Shown here: positions 27,517 through 42,280 of the stretch, one piece after another | How the letters are laid out: each line of letters starts with the position of its first letter | Numbering within the stretch: position 1 is the first letter of the stretch | Assembly (NCBI RefSeq): GCF_009914755.1 | Contig: NC_060926.1 | Reading direction: 5' to 3' (one strand) | DNA from: the human T2T-CHM13v2.0 reference genome, Homo sapiens | DNA: 64,000 nucleotides | Notes under the pieces: generated by a model | Database searches by the model: none | What the model was told of the DNA's origin: nothing | The model's input: only the letters and a program-made list of their open reading frames with translations | Made by a program: the position numbers and the translations under genes

Positions 27517-27949
27517 CAGATACTCCCAAACTTTCCAGTTCATGGTGTCCTCAAGTCAAAGAAATACCTAACAGCTACGTTTATTTAGTTTCAAACAAGT
27601 TAGTATTTATGTCCTTATAACTTATTAGTTATTTGAAAAAATCATATGCATAAATTCGATATATTTTTATTTTAATTGTAAATAACCACAGTCCCTTGCT
27701 AATGGGATATGTGTGCACCTCAGAGCAATGCATAACTTCTCAAACCTTGGAATCAGATAAGGCATTGCCATTGCCACCCTCACTTCTTGTTCCATGTTGA
27801 TTTTCACTTGGGGATGCTCTTTTTCACAGCAACTACCATAAACTCAGATTTATAAGGATAACACATCATTGAAAGGAAAGTGGTACTATTTAATTTTGAA
27901 ATTATTTGGTGTCAGACAGATGTTGTATAGCATAATTTGGGAAACCCTG
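27517..27949. mobile_element. hAT-Charlie MITE, MER119-like
   Basis: Degenerate TIRs cagatactcccaaact ... aatttgggaaaccctg; internal aaagaaatacctaacag. Confidence 0.7.
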
Positions 27950-28213
27950 AATTTTGGAGAGTGAATAGTTAGAATGTGAACAGTGAGGGGTACTGTGTTT
28001 TTTTTTTTTTTGAGTCTATTTGATATTTATATTTTATTAAGATAAGTTGGAATAACAGGATATCAGCTATATCTTTAATAAAATTTGCTATAGTCATTTT
28101 CTGTGTTGAGTTTTTAATTATGAGGGATACTTGTGTTTTATGTACTGTTTTGCATCTATGATCAAGAGTGAGATTGGCTGGGCGGTTTTGCATCTATGAT
28201 CAAGAGTGAGATT

Positions 28214-28517
<304 letters not shown>

Positions 28518-28964
28518 TCACCTACTTTAGTTTCTTACACTATTTGGTTTTGGTATTAAGGTTATACTGGCTTCATAAAACGAGTTGGGGAATGAATATT
28601 TTCTCTTTCTTGAAGAGTTTACATAAGACTGAAATTGTTCTTTGAGTTTGGTAAAACTCAACTTTCTTTGTGAGATTTTAAAAAATTATTATGGTTGAAT
28701 TCGTTTTTCTTTTTGCCTACCTGTATTTTCTTATTTACTGTAATACCATACAATACACTTTTAAGGCTGGACAATCTTATACCAAGAACACAAAACAAAG
28801 CCTGTTTGGAGTTGATTCTAAGTAGGTTTATCGCTTAGTCACCAAATCTTGTACTTTTAAGCAAAACTAACTCATAGTTTTAGAGAAGATTTTAAACTGT
28901 TGATTTAGTTTCCTTCATGACTATAGGATTATTTAGTCTTTTCATGTCTTTTTGTGTCATCTTT

Positions 28965-30065
<1,101 letters not shown>

Positions 30066-30275
30066 GTCCTAGGTTAGTTTTAGTGGGTTATGTATCTTTT
30101 TAATTGAATTTACTGGTTACATTTGTTTTCAAATCTATTACTTAAATGTTTTCAACAAAAACATTGATCTTTGCTTTGTCAGTTGTTAAGTTCTCCCTTT
30201 CATTTATAATTACCTTGTATTATTTTCTTTCTTGATCTCATTGGCAGGATTTTTAAAAGTCATTTCAAAGAACCA

Positions 30276-30448
30276 GGCTGGGTGTGGTGGAGCAGGGCCA
30301 TCCCAGCAACTCTGGAGGCTGAGACTAGGAGGATTGTTGGAGCCCAGGAGTTAAAAGGCTGCAGTGTGCTATGATCATGCTTGTGAATAGCCACTGCACC
30401 TCCAGCCTGGGTAACATAGCGAGACCTCATCTCTTAAAAAATAAAAAA
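30276..30448 (+). mobile_element. FAM (fossil Alu monomer)
   Basis: Monomer retaining the 7SL-like segment gatcatgcttgtgaatagccactgcac, which dimeric Alu arms lack. Confidence 0.85.
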
Positions 30449-30927
30449 GGACCAACTTTTGGTTTAATTATTCTCTTTATTGTGCATTTGATTTCTGTTT
30501 CATCAATTTGTGCTTTTATATTTGTGCCTTTTTTTTTTCTTGGTGAGGAAATTCTTTCTGGTAACTTCTTAGACATTTAGCTCAGTTTTCAGTCATTCTT
30601 TTCTAATGAAAGCATTGATGGGAATACATTCTCTGAGTATTGCTTTTACTACATTTTATGATTTTGAAATGTAGCGTTTTCATTATTTTTTCATTCTTGG
30701 GTTTAAAAATATTTATAATTTTTTCCTTGAGTCATATGTTATTTAGTGATACGGTTTTAAGTTTTGAAATGTATGACAATTTTATGTCTTTTTCTTATTG
30801 GCTTTGATTTCATTGCATTGTGATCAGGGAATGTAGTCTTTCTGGTAGTAATTGTTCCATTTTCTCTACCATGTCTTTTAACCTTTCTTTCATATTTTGC
30901 ATTTCTTTGTGACTATAGGCTGCATTC

Positions 30928-31243
30928 TTTTTTTTTTTTTTTTTTTTTTGAGACAGAGTCTCTGTCGCTCAGGCTGGAGTGCAGTGGCGTGATCTCTGCT
31001 CACTGCAACCTCCATCTTCCGGTTCAAGCGATTCTCCTGCCTCAGCCTCCCGAATAGCTAGGACTACAGGCACTTGCCACCACGCCCAGCTAATTTTTTG
31101 TATTTTTTCTTTTTTTCTTTTTTTTAGTAGAGACAGGGTTTTACCGTGTTAGCCAGGATGGTCTTGATCTTCTGACCTCGTAATCTGCCCACCTTGGCCT
31201 CCCAAAGTGCTGGGATTATAGGTGTGAGCCACAGCGCCCAGCC
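30928..31243 (-). mobile_element. AluS (Sc-like)
   Basis: ttagccaggatggtcttgatc; TSD core gctgcattct on both sides. Confidence 0.95.
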
Positions 31244-31754
31244 TTTACGCTGCATTCTGAATTGTTTTGTCATTTCTGTGTAACAGTTCACTGACTCTGT
31301 TTATTTACTTCTTCCATTATGATTTTACTTGTGATGTTTTTCAATTCTAGTAGTTCTGTTTGGTTATTTTTCAGATTTGCCCATTCATTTTTTATATTCT
31401 CTCGAGCTTTACTAGTATTTTTATTTGTTCCATCTTTTTCTCTTAATATATTAAACATATTTAATATTCTATATTTGATAATTCTAATATCTGAAATTTT
31501 ACAACAAATTTTGTTGTTTGTTTTCTCTGGCTCTTTCTAATAGTGCCTTATTTACTTGTATTTATTGTGGTTTTTTTTTTTTGAATCATGAACTTCTTTT
31601 TTTTAACTGGAACCCTGTGTAACTGTGGAACTCTTTAGACTTGAGTTCACAGTGCATTCCTCCAGGGAAGATTTTTTATTTCCTTCTACTATGTGCTTGG
31701 AGTTAGGGGTCTATGAACATAGGTTTTAACTTGAAATTCTCCCCTTTTAAAAAA

Positions 31755-34682
31755 TTTTTTAACTTTTATTTTAGATTCAGGGAGTACATGTACAGGTTTG
31801 TTACATGGGTATATTGTGTGATGCTGAGGTTTGGGGTGTGAATGACCCTGTCACCCAGGTAGTGAGCATAGTACCCAACAGTTAATTTTTTAACCCTTGC
31901 TCCCATCTCTCCCTCCCTGCTCTGTTAGTCCCAGTGTCTATTGTTGCCATCTTTATGTCCATGAGTGCCCAGTGTTTAGTTCCCACTCATAAATGAGAAC
32001 ATGCAGTATTTGGTTTTCTGTTCCCTTGTTAATTTGCTTAGAATAATGGCCTACATCCACGTTGTCGCAAGTGGCATGATTTTATTTTCTTTTACAGCTG
32101 CATAATATTTCGTGGTATACGTGTACCACATTTAATTTGTCTGATCTACTGTTGGGCATCTAGGTTGACTTCATGTTTTTGCTATTGTAAAGAGTGCTGC
32201 AGTGAACGTAAGAGTACATGTGTCTTTTTGGCATAACAATTTATATTCTTTTGGATATGTACCTAGTATTGAGTTTGCTGGGCCAAATGGTAGTTCTGTT
32301 GTAAGTTATTTGAGAAACCTCCATACCGTTTCCCATAGTGGGTGAAGTAATTTACATTCCCACTAAAAATGTATAAGCATTCCCTTTTTTGTTTTATGAA
32401 GTTGGTGCTCCAGTGGGTTTATATTTAGGATAGTTAAGTCTTTTTGTTGAATTGAACCCTTTATTGTAATGTAATGTCCTTCTTTGTTCTTTTTTTACTG
32501 TTATTTTAAAGTCTGTTTTATATGATGTAAGACTTGCAACCCCTGCTCCTTTTTATTTTTCATTTACATGATAGATCTTTCTCCAACCCTTTACTTTGAG
32601 CCCGTGGGTATTGTTATGTGCGGGATGGGTCTCTTGAAGGCAACAGATAGATGAGTCTTTTTTTTTTAATCCAATTCATCTCTGTGCCTTTTAAGTGGGG
32701 CATTTAAACCGTTTACATTCACAGTTAATATTGATATGTGAGGTTTTGATCCTATTGTGAAGTTGTTAGCTAGTCACTGTAGTTTCTATTGTGTGGTTGC
32801 TTTATAGGGTCTGTGAGCTGTGTGCTTAATTGTGTTTTTGTGGTAGAAGGTTATTTTTCTTTCATTTCCACGTTTAGAATTCCCTTAAAGATCTCTTTTA
32901 AGGCTGGTCTAGTGGTAACGAATTCTCTAGCACTTGCTTGTCTGGAAAAGATTTTATTTCTTCTTTGCTTATGAAGCTTAGTTTGGCAGGATATTAAATT
33001 CTTGGTTGGAATTACTTTAAGAATGCTGAAAATAGGCCCCCAATCTTATACAGTTTCTGCTGAGAAGTCCACTGCTAGCCTGATGGGATTTCCTCTGACC
33101 TTTTTCTCTGACTACCTTTAAGACTTTTTCATTAGCTTTGACCTTGAATCGTTTTGTGATTATATTTCTTATTGATGTTTGTTTTGTGTAGTATCTCACA
33201 GGTGTTCTCTGAATTTCTTGTATCTGAATGTCTACCTCTCTTGCAAGATTCGGGAAATTTTCTTGAATTATTCCCTCAAATGTGTTTTCCAGGTTGTTTG
33301 CTTTTTCTCCATCTCAGGAATGCCAGCAATTAGTAAATTTGGTTGCTTTACATAATCCCATATTTCTTAAAGACTTTGTTCCTTTTTTTTGAATTCTTTT
33401 TTCTTTATTTTTGTCTGACTAGATCAGTTCAAAAGGGCAGTCTTCAAGCTCTGAAATTCTTTCTTCTGCTTGGTCCAGTCTATTGATAAAGCTTTCCCTA
33501 ATATTTTGAAATTCCTTAAGTGAGTTTTCAATTCCAGAAGTTCTGATTGACTTCTTTTTAAAGTATTTACCGCTTCCTTCATTTCTTAGAATGATTTAGA
33601 AGTTTCTTTGTGTTGATTTTCAACCTTTTTTTGGATCCCAGTGAGCTTCCTTGTAATTCATGCTTTGAATTCTTTATCTGTCATATCTGAGTTTCCATTT
33701 TGGTTAGGGGCCATTGCTGGAGAGCTAGTGTGATTATTGAGTGGTGTCACTACGATCAGATTTTTCGTTTGGCCAGAATTCTTGCACTGGTTCCTTCTCA
33801 TCTGGAGACACTGGCACTTTTGATTTTTGTAATTATTTTCATGCAGGTAGGATTTTTTTCTTTTTTTGTTCCTGTCCCTGTAATATTTTTTTTTTCTTTC
33901 CCTTTCCATTCCCCAACTCCCTAGGGGATATGATTGTAGAGAATGCTGGGTAGCATCTTTTGGCTTTGCTTCTATAGCCTATGTACTTCTTTGGGCAGAT
34001 TTTATATCGGGCTGTAGGGTTCAACCTACAAGCCAGTAGATGGCGCTTACGGGTAAGATCACTTAGCCAGCTGTAGCCAGTGTGACTAGGTATACACTTG
34101 ATACTTGTTTACAGGAAGAAGCTCTCTGTTGCCTCAGGCATTGGGCTGATACGTGGAGTGCACAGTGGTCTGAGCTACTTGCTCAGCCCCAGGGGAGTGG
34201 GAAGCAAGATGAGTGGGGCCAGGCCACCTACAGTCCCCTGATGGCAGGCACAATCACTAACACTGAGGGAGAAGCCAATGGGCAGCCACCAAGCACCCAG
34301 AGGTGGTCCTAGGCATGGAGCTGGCAAACCTCCTTGGCCCCAAGTTCTCTACACAGGCAGGGGTGGAGGCCTGAACTCTTAATCCAGGAGAGTGGGTACT
34401 CCAGGTACCTGGAGATCTGCCTGGGTGCTGCGTACAGAGGGCCCTGCTGTACCACAATCTCTACACAGGAAGGATGGGGTGTCTCAGGCTAGCAATCCAT
34501 GCAAATGGGTCCTCTGACTGCCTGAAGCTATGCCCGGGAATGGGGCAGAGAGTGCCCTGCTTTACCATGGTCTTGGCATGGGGAGAGTGGGCTGGCTTAG
34601 CCTGCTGATCCCGGTGAATGGGTGCTCCAGTTACCTGGAGATCTGCCTGGGTGTGAAGCAGAGAAGGTCCTGCTGCACCCCG
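31755..34682 (-). mobile_element. L1PA15/16-like LINE: 3'UTR joined to the EN start, ORF1 and 5'UTR (most of ORF2 deleted)
   Basis: 3' end ttttagattcagggagtacatgtacagg...gatgctgaggtttgggg; abrupt switch at ~32390 to the EN region (ttatgaagttggtgctcc); ORF1 remnant QMRRNQCKNSG...MTDKEFK. Confidence 0.88.
34033..34046 (+). promoter_or_regulatory. CTCF core motif match
   Basis: CCAGTAGATGGCGC fits CCASYAGRKGGCRS at every position. Confidence 0.6.
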
Positions 34683-34994
34683 ACTTTTGAGTTTTAGGAG
34701 TATTCACATAGCATAGATGATTCAGGCACCAAATCCTCATGATGTCTTTGCTAAGGCCAAGAGGTTTTCTTTGATGTTTGCCTTTGAAGGTGTTTTTAAT
34801 GTTTGAATTTACCCTTTTCCTGGTGTTATTGTCCTTCTTGGGCCCTGTCTTTGTCTGATAGTGTCTTACCTGACTTTCAGAGGCCTAAACTTTTTTCTCA
34901 ATCCTTTCCAACCCTAGGTTACTAGGATTCATATATGCCCCAGGAGTATCTGGAAGCTTTATTACTTGCTTTTCTGCCTATTGTATCGATTCAT

Positions 34995-35002
<8 letters not shown>

Positions 35003-35048
<46 letters not shown>

Positions 35049-35343
35049 ATGGGGTTTCATTCTGTTATCCAGGCTGGAGTACAGTGGTGTGATCACAGCT
35101 GACTGCATGCAGCCTCAACCACCTGGGGTCAGGGGATCCTCCCACCTCAACCTCCTGTGTAGCTGGGACTATAGGTATACACCACCACACCTGGCTACTT
35201 TTTTGTTTTTGTTTTGTTTTGTTTGGAGAGACAGGGTTTTGTCATGTTGTTCAGGCTACTCTTGAACTCCTGGGCTCAAGTGATCTGCCTGCCTCGGCCT
35301 TGCAAAGTGCTGGGATTACAGGTATGAGTCATTGCACCTAGCC
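35003..35343 (-). mobile_element. AluJ with a T43 tail
   Basis: Near-perfect TSD catttccattcttt / cattttcattcttt. Confidence 0.93.
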
Positions 35344-35454
35344 CATTTTCATTCTTTATATCAGACGTTTAAAATAGAAATGTTTTAAGATCTCTAGCCC
35401 AGCATATTCTCATATCTCAGGCAGTGGGAATCCTCTTGGAAAATTTTCAAAAGA

Positions 35455-35570
35455 ATAGTTTCTAAAGCCCAACCACACCTACATGTCAGAATCTCTAGGG
35501 TGCAGGGCCTGTGGGTATGTTTAAAAGCCTCCTAGATAATTCTGATGCACTGCAAGTCTGAGAACCACTG
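35455..35570. mobile_element. MER5A fragment
   Basis: tcagaatctctaggg...ttctgatgcactgcaagtctgagaaccactg. Confidence 0.8.
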
Positions 35571-35689
35571 ACATAGAAAAAGTTATTTCTTCATGTAAAC
35601 TTAGATAATTAAATAATAACAGCTAGTGTTTATTGAAAATAAGGTAACATATATTGTAAGCATGCACTAATTCTAGCTGTTAGTATTAA

Positions 35690-35905
35690 TATTGTTATAT
35701 GCTAGGCTCCATTCTAAGTCCTTCACATATCTTGTCATTTATTATTCACAAGAATCCTATAGCTACCACTTGTATTCCCATTTTAGAGATTAGCAAATCA
35801 AAGCACAGAGAAATTGAATTATTCAAGTTTATATAGCTAGTGGGTAGCAGAATTGTTATTTGAATCCAAGTAGTCATTCTGATTCCAGAGCATGTAATCT
35901 TAACC
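35690..35905 (-). mobile_element. MIR
   Basis: tattcccattttagagat...gcacagagaaattgaa...gatt ccagagc. Confidence 0.8.
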
Positions 35906-36049
35906 TACCATCTTTACAGTCTTCCAGGTGATTCACAGAGTTAATTTTATTGATTCCCAAAGGGTTTGTGACATTACAGAATATAGCAAGAAAAATATAT
36001 TTGGATAAATTATGTATTTATGTTGATTTTGTGTAGGTATTGAGGAAGC

Positions 36050-36270
36050 AGAATAACACAGTAGAAATGGCCTCAGTTTACAGTCAGATAGACTTAGGCA
36101 TGAATCTCTGCTCAACTGCTTGTTACTAGTAGCTATGAGAAAGTAAATTATCACAGACCTCTTATTATTTTGTTGGTAAAGGAGGATAACTATTTTTACT
36201 TCATGGGGTTTTTGAAGAAATAACATAAAATAGAACCTGTAATATATTGCTTGGCACACAGTAGATGGTT
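36050..36270 (+). mobile_element. MIR
   Basis: agtcagatagacttaggcatgaatc...ttggcacacagtag. Confidence 0.7.
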
Positions 36271-38139
36271 AGTATCAGAACTTAAGGAATCCTCTAAGAA
36301 GTTATGTTGGCTTCTCTGCAGGAGATTGTAGTAAGCCTTAGTCTAGGACGTTGTTGATGGAATAGCTGATGGGTACTGGTCGATGGTGCTGGTGGGGGCC
36401 AATGCTGACTGTCAATGTTGAGAATCTAACAAGTGCCAAGCATTGTCCTAGGCTCTGGAGATAAAACGGTGAGTGAGACATAGTCTCACTGCTTTCAAGA
36501 AGCTTGCAGTTAACTTATCTATATAATCAGATAGATACATACACAGTTACTTTTTTTGTTAGATGCTAGGACACATAGGAGGGTTACTCAGCCAAACCAT
36601 TGCAGATGAGGAATGGCTTTCTAGAGGGAAGAGGATGAGAATGTGAGGGATTAGAGTAGTAAGTCCAGATAGGAGGAAAAGTAAAGGCTGGCTGAAATTT
36701 GTCATTACTACAAAGGTGTTCCATTCATCCAACATTTATGAAAAGATCAGGGATCTTAGGAAACTTTTATAAGGACAGTGTTAGAATATTAAGAGCCTAC
36801 TTTTAGGTTCAGTTTTTACTAAAGCAGACAATTTTTCAAAGTAAAATAAAAATGGCACTCTTTATATGTAATACTGAATTTTCTATCAAATAGCACTTTT
36901 TGGAGTCTACATGCTTGTTACTTGGTAGCATTGTCACATTAGGTTATACATTAGAGGAAGAGAGAAGAGAAACAAAGGAATAGTAACCTTCAGAGGATGG
37001 AAATGATGATTTGTATGTGGGGTGAATTTCATCATGAGTTGTGTCTGCTATTTGCACATTTCCCTTTTCCTACCATCCTTTTTCACAGATGATGAAAAAT
37101 AATTTGTTACATAGTTACCATAGTACATAGTTTTAATTTGATACCGTTTGTTGCTCTTGTATGGATTTGATAGTTGAGATTTCTTTCCATCTTTCTCCAA
37201 TGTTCCCAATAAAATAGCATATTAAAAATGCAAGAGAAATACCATTTCTTTTGGCAAAACTGGGAAAAGTGAAAGGGAATGAATAAAGAATTTCTTGGAA
37301 GGGGAGGAATGTGAGTCTAGGGGAAGGAAGATGATGTTGTAATGGATAAAATGATATCGGGGATTATAGGAAAATAAATGAAGTTGGTCTTTAAAAATAC
37401 CCCCAAAACAGAGGCAGCAGTTCTGCATGTTTTGGTAACCTGATGAGTGTGACTTGATATAAGAGTACACTTTTGATCTCCTACTTGCATATCTGTATGA
37501 CACCTACCTAGAAGTACTGTAGTTTTTTATATGTACTGTAGTCCTGCTCAGGACATGAGCAGTCCCTGACTAGAACTGAGGAAAGTAGAGCAGTTAGTGT
37601 GGGTATTTGGAAACATTGGAAAACAGTTGTTAGGGGACTTAAGCTCTTAATCCCTGAGGATTTAGCAGAGGCTAGAAAGAGGAAGGGAAAAATGAAATCC
37701 AGTCTGTAAAAAATTGATTCTGAAAGCGATACTTTGGAAAGTTTATAAAATGAGGTCGAAATTGTGAACATAGACATGTTTACTGTGATGACAAATCTTA
37801 GTATACTAGGAGTAGCCAAAACCTTGGATGGAGAGATACAGTTTTAGACACCACCCCTCAAAAAGAGACTTTATAATACTGTCCTACAAACTTACCATCA
37901 AATACTTGTTTGCATCTTTATGGTATGAAGTTGGGGAGGATGGTAGAAATGTTGAACATAAAAGCATGTTGCTCCAATGACTGTGGTGTTGTTGGGGTAT
38001 GTTGAATTTCAGGGCCCTTTGAGAGAAGAGTATTCATGCCTAATTGGGGTTTAAATTTTAGCAGACTCTTCATTACCTTTGGGCACTTTTTTCTAAGAGT
38101 TTGTTGTGATTGTTTTGGCAGGTACAAAAATCCTTCTCG

Positions 38140-39140
38140 AAACTGAACGTTATGATCTCTCCACCTCAACTTCTGCTGGTTTTCCTTTTACCTCTATCCA
38201 TTTTCTCTCTTTTTTACTTGTTCTTCCAGCTGTAACAGTGTCCCTCTTGAAATATTGCAGTGCTTCCATAGTAATCCATTCTCTTCTCTTTCTGCACACG
38301 TTCTGTTGGTCATCTCATACACTCCACTATCATTAATGTGTTAGTGATTCCAGAATCCTTTATATTCCACTTCTTTGAAAGTCATCTGAACATATCTTCT
38401 TGGGTGTCCTGTTGCCACCTCATGATTAATGTGTACGTAACTGAGTTAATCAGCCTCTCCCTCAGACATCTGTTATCTCCCATAAACTCAGGCTTGGCTA
38501 AATGGCATTAATGAGTCCCTCATGCCAGGAACCTTGGTGTTCATAGGAGCTTATTCAGAGAATATAAACAAAGTTTTAGCCAGAAGATGCCTCATCACAG
38601 TACCTGTATTTTATTTAATACCAAAAAACAAAAAATTGGAGCCAATCTGAAGTCATAATCACTGCATTTCTTAAAAACTGTGATATACACACACACGCAC
38701 ACACGCAGAAATATTTTACAGACAGTAAAATCTCTGTGGAATATTTAATGACATGAGAAGGAACATATGTAAACTTAGTGAAAAAAGATGCTCTTAAGCA
38801 ATATATTCATTATAATTCCATAATTATTAAAATAAAACTATATAGAGATATTTATAGAAAGAATGCGTATGCAGTTATTCACTTTAATTCTAGATAGTAC
38901 AGCTATGGGTGATTTTAATTTTATTTTTATTTACCTGTATTTTCCAAAGTTGTGTAGTAAAAATGAATTACTTTTGTAATTCACACATGCAGACAATTTG
39001 GCCTCCCTTTTTCACTCCCAACACTTGTTGAATTAGTTTAATAATGTCTTCTTCACTCCAACTATTGCTGCTTAGTTCAACTACTCATTATATCTGGATA
39101 AGACACGGCAGCCTCTTGACTTTGCTGCTCAGCTGCCAAG
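38140..39140 (+). mobile_element. L2 relic interrupted by an L1ME 3' fragment (~38545-38990)
   Basis: Pyrimidine-rich L2 phrases flank an A-rich L1ME 3'-end pattern. Confidence 0.55.
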
Positions 39141-41135
39141 CTCCCTTCCTGAAAATCCTTACTGATGCAGTTCTTCACTTGCTTCACTGTTCCATTTAAG
39201 TGGCTATATATTAAATCTCAAAAACCATCAAGAACAGAGGAAATTGTGAATGTTATTCCTTGTAACTAGTTTACCATCTGGTCTGAAGACCTTCAGCCAA
39301 TGGAATTCAGCCAACTCAAGATTTAATTTAATATATTCACCTAACCTTAACCAAGTGACTTTTAACCAGAGCATGGATAGTTATGCAGATTTGGGGTGAG
39401 GAGAGGTGAAGGAAGGAAGGGTGGGAGAGAAAATATGATTTGAACTCAGGCCTTCACAAATCTGTGCTCATTCCTTCTGTTCTACCTCTACAAACTGCCA
39501 TACCTTGCCCTTGCTGGGTGTATGTTCCCCCCTCCTGTATTCAATAAACAGTTCATTGGTTTTTTTTTTGAGCATTTAGCCAGTAAGAACAAATAGGCAA
39601 ATAATGAAAATCCATCCATTTTAGTGCCAGTTATTCTATCAGCAGATCCTATTAGAAGTATTTATTGAGGCATGTCATGCTAATAGTCCCAAAGTGTAAT
39701 TATACTTGCAGATTTTTCTTGCTTTCAGAGAGTTTGTAATATGTTCCAGATGGTTAAATAGGAAAGAGGAGACAATTTATACTGTCTTTTCACTTATGAT
39801 TAAAAATTTGATGTTACTTACTACTTATGTTACCATTATTGCTTTGTTGGATTTTTACGTGAGAGGAATTTAAACAAAATGTGTGATTTTTAAAACTCTT
39901 CTGCTATAGTCAACAATTAACAGGACGTTTCATAGTTTCTTTCACCTTGTTAGTTGTTTAATTGCTTCTATTTAGGCATCATTAAAATGATATAATTGTG
40001 TCATAAGTAGTAATTCTTTTATGAATGTAACCTTTATTCTTGGAAAGTATTCACTTGGGTTTGTTTTAGACTTAAAATTAAATGGTGAACCTTCTTGTGA
40101 AAGCTTACATGAAACTGAAAAAGAATAATTTTCCAAACTGTTGAAGATTCTTTGACCTTTTCCCACAAAGTATTAATAATATGGCCTTAGATTCAAAATT
40201 AGTGAATCTACTACCAATAGTAGGAGTGATCATTTCTCATTGATTCATTCATACTCTCTCAACTACCCTTATCTGACTAACGAACTACTTCTTTTGAAAG
40301 GCAGCTTACCAAACATTGGGAATATAGCCTGTGAACTCAGTTTAGAACAGTTAATGGATCAAAGGGGTCCAGACCCAGAGCCTTGACTTCATTATGACCT
40401 TGAGTTAACCAATAAACTGACTGGTTGGTTAACTTGGAGAAATATGTTGTTTTTCAGTAAGAGATAGAATACTTATGGTGTAATTATTTGGTCGGGGCAG
40501 GGGGACAGATTGGTTTTGATCCTTAGACTACCATTCTCTGTCCTTGAAGTTCTCTTCCAGACTTCTTACAAACAAGAAAACAAGCAAAACATTTTAAAAA
40601 TAATTATAGTTATATAATTACAAAGATAATTATAAAATTATATTTTTGGTGATAAATAATAGAGATTATTCCTAAAGGGTTTTTTGGGGGTATAAAAGGA
40701 GTAGTTTGATCCAGCAAGATTTACTTCCTATAAATTGCCTTTAAGTATCTTTGTTCTTTCTCAGATTTTCTTGTTCTTCTTTAACTGGCCACATCCTACC
40801 TCTTCCTGACCTTCTCTCCCCAAAACAGCCTACCCTCTCAGTCTTTTCAGACTCCTCAGTCGTTCCTCATACTTACTGTACAGAATTCTTTCCAGTTTTT
40901 CTGGGTAAAATTCTTATCCTTTCTACAAAATTTAAATTCCTTCTCAGCAAGTTCAAAGCCCAAACTAAGACTAAGAAAAGCATGCCTTTGGGGAGACTCA
41001 GTTCATCTTGCAATAATAAACTGGCAATAATTTCAGATTTCTATTTTCATTACTATTGCCAAACTTTGTATAATTTGGTTTGTTCAGCTTTTACAGCAAA
41101 CCTCATGTTCAGATTGTTATTAACTATTCAATATT

Positions 41136-41435
41136 GGCTGGGCGTGCTGGCTCACGCCTGTAATCCCAACACTTTGGGAGGCCGAGGTGGACGGATCACC
41201 TGAGGTCAGGAGTTTGAGACCAGCCTGACCAACATAGAGAAACCCCGTCTCTACTAAAAATACAAAAATTAGCCGGGTGTGGTGGTGCATGCCTGTAATC
41301 CCAGCTACTTGGGAAGGCTGAGGCAGGAGAATTTCTTGCTTGAACCTGGGAGGCGGAGGTTTTGGTGAGCTGAGATCACGCCATTGTACTCCAGCTTGGG
41401 CAGCAAGAGCGAAACTGGTCTCAAAAACAAAACAA
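41136..41435 (+). mobile_element. AluSp with perfect 14-bp TSD
   Basis: cctgaccaacatagagaaacc; TSD aactattcaatatt at 41122-41135 and 41436-41449. Confidence 0.96.
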
Positions 41436-42241
41436 AACTATTCAATATTATGAGTCTTTCTGGGAATATGCAAAATAATATAGACAAATTTAATTCTTAT
41501 TTTTGTTGTATGTTTTTAAAGTGTTTTGTATGTTCACTGGCTCACATGTATAAAAATTTGATTTTATACAAATGTGTTAAGATGGGATTAATTTTTTAAA
41601 GAATGATTCACAGAATTTCATTGAATGGAATATTGTAGCTTATATATAAAGAATGTAATTTGATTTATAAAAATTTAGGATATGCAGGACCTTTCTATGC
41701 TACTTAAGTAAGAATTGCATATGTGTGACAAAATTTAAGCTAATTAGGGTAAGTATCTTTCTGTGTTAGTGGTAAGAGATAATAACAGGATATTTGAAAA
41801 GAAATGCTACTTTGAATTCATGATACCATGTTTCTTCTTGTTAACTAAGCTAGAAATTTTTCCTTATTCCTTCTTTGGAGTATCCCAGCCCTCTTATCTA
41901 CCCTGCTTTCGTCATGGGAAGAGTTGTTACTGTGATTCTCATAATCTTGTGTGGTATGTGGGGGGTGGGGAGGAGTTCCCTTATTCACCTGGCCCCTTTC
42001 CTGGAATATGGCATGTGAAATGCCTTGTCTTGTTGTGAAACATTTAGAAAATTACAGTAACGGCACTTCAGTCCTCATCTTTCCTGAGGCTTCCTTTGTC
42101 CCCTTATTATATATCTGGTATATTTAAAATCTCTTGTTTTTTTGTTTTCCGTTTGAATACTTGAACCACTTCAGTGTCTAATTGAACATTGTTATTGTCT
42201 AGAAATTCAGATTTCATTTTTTGTGTATGTGTGTATTCAGG

Positions 42242-42245
<4 letters not shown>

Positions 42246-42280
<35 letters not shown>

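Noticed and set aside
40403-40434. Hairpin agttaaccaa-N12-ttggttaact
   Set aside because: About one 10-bp inverted repeat with a short loop is expected by chance in 64 kb; too short for a pre-miRNA.
40751-41203. 150-aa ORF
   Set aside because: Non-ATG start, low-complexity composition, ends inside an Alu, and no recognisable domain.
41679-41748. Possible 70-nt exon ending in AGG|GTAAGT
   Set aside because: The upstream AG lacks a polypyrimidine tract.
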